From Mobula hypostoma (lineage: Eukaryota), in assembly GCF_963921235.1 (NCBI RefSeq), contig NC_086108.1, forward strand, positions 18,972,001 to 19,036,000: a DNA stretch of 64,000 nucleotides, in the 5' to 3' direction. Below are positions 62,511 through 64,000 of this stretch, in pieces. Made by a program: the position numbers and the translations under genes. The first letter of the stretch is position 1; every line of letters starts with the position of its first letter. The notes under the pieces were generated by a model, which was not told where the DNA came from, ran no database searches, and saw only the letters and a program-made list of their open reading frames with translations.

Positions 62511-64000
62511 TGACTCTGGGAGGGTAGATTTCCAATCAGCCATTGATCTTTATTCCGTTGAAAGCTTCCAGTTTCAACCACTGCCCCTTGGTTTGCACTC
62601 CCTCAGCAGCAGATGTAGTCTTGCTTTACCTACCCTGATACATTTTTCACCATGGCTCTGTTGGTTCGCCCCACTGACTGGGAGGTACCCAGGATGAGCA
62701 ATGTTGGTGCCACACTTTTGGGGTGCTGAGGGTTAACTTCATTTCCCCACTACCAAACTCCCCCTGCATCTGAGCAGCTGTTCGGTGTCAGTCCAGGTTG
62801 ACATGCCTTCCCGATTAGCAGCAGTGTGTAGACCCCGCCTCCTGTAACAACTACAACTGACCCCTGACACCTCTAGTGTAAGGGGCTGCCAGGCAACATG
62901 CAGCCAGCTGGAAATGGAAGGCAGAAACCAGCCACAAGGTATGAGGCCAGCATTTCTCTAAGTGACTGGAACTCATTGGCCAGGATGCAGAGCTGCTCCA
63001 CCACCAGGCAAATGAGATTTAGTAATTTGAATCATGCAATTTAATTTTCTAGTACATGTCTCTGTGACATCAGCAGCTAATCAAAATGGCTTCAACATCA
63101 TCTGGATAATTTTAAAATACAATTTATTAATTCTATTTATTTCCCCTTTTCCTGTCAGACTTTGATTACTCATCACACTCTGAACCCTACCCTGCCCTCC
63201 ATTGACATCCATGGCCGAGAGTAAATGAAGGGATACAGCGGCATTGGTAAGAGGGATTGGAAGCTCTGCCCCTCCACAGTCCAGGGAGGGTGTTGATATG
63301 ATTGCCAGTCCAGCTGAAGTCAATCACCTCCACCTATCAGGAATGAACTGAGTGGCTCAATTATGTATGGAACAAATACAACAACTTATTAATCATTTTA
63401 TTTCAAATTACTTCACAGAAAAAGGACATTCAGCCTATCACAGGGGGGGATGTGTACATGGAATGAGGAAGTAGTTGATGGAGGTACAATTAATATTTAA
63501 AAGACATTTGGACAGGTATATGGATAGGAAAAGTGAAGAGAAATGGTCCAAATGAGAGCAAATGGGATGAGCTTGCATGGATATCTTGGTCGGCATGGAC
63601 AAATAGGGCTGTGTTACTCCATGGCTCTATGTCCATCAGTCTCATCTCCCCTTTCCTTACCTCTCTGTTGCCCTACAATTTCTGCACTCACAGGCATGGC
63701 AATTCCACTGAGATTCTTCTGACATTTACCTACACAATGAGGTAATTTACCCTAGCTAGTTAACCCAAAGAATGTCATGGGGAGAACATGCAAACTCCAC
63801 ACAGAGAGCATCAAATGACAGAATCTAAGGTCCCTGGAACTGCAAAGGTTTTTGCTCTCTCTCAGATAGTCCTAAAGTAAGGAAGTAATGTAAAACCTTC
63901 ACAATCACTGTCTCCAATCCTTACCCACCTCATTTCGTTAAGAACATCAAGAAATTTTTTATTTATTTATTGATTAATTGATTGAGATACTGTATAGAAT

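Overview
AT-rich (roughly 42-45% GC by eye), CpG-poor vertebrate nuclear DNA that is mostly transposable elements. The repeat repertoire suggests a cartilaginous fish (shark/ray); this is an inference from recognition, not a search result. No host protein-coding gene, rRNA, tRNA gene or CRISPR array could be supported, so the window is probably intergenic or intronic. It contains at least a dozen CR1-clade LINE copies from several subfamilies. Two of these carry an open ORF1 (Cys finger, coiled coil, SGNH esterase) and a lightly broken APE-RT ORF2: 14246-18297 (+) and the full-length 33969-38240 (-). Also present are Rex1/Babar-type LINE relics, V-SINE-like and other SINEs, a deleted Tx1/L1-type element with 68-bp 5' repeats, a PIF/Harbinger non-autonomous element, hAT (Buster/Charlie) and Tc1 remnants, and multi-level nested insertions. 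The most notable system is a family of Penelope-like (GIY-YIG) insertions. They carry minimal type I hammerhead ribozymes, with one motif-perfect copy at 4728-4763. Three independent copies share a stereotyped architecture: 13-14 bp TSDs, a fixed 3' end, and an inverted second end fixed about 38-40 nt inside it. Most short ORFs in the supplied track are antisense shadows of LINE ORFs or chance ORFs.
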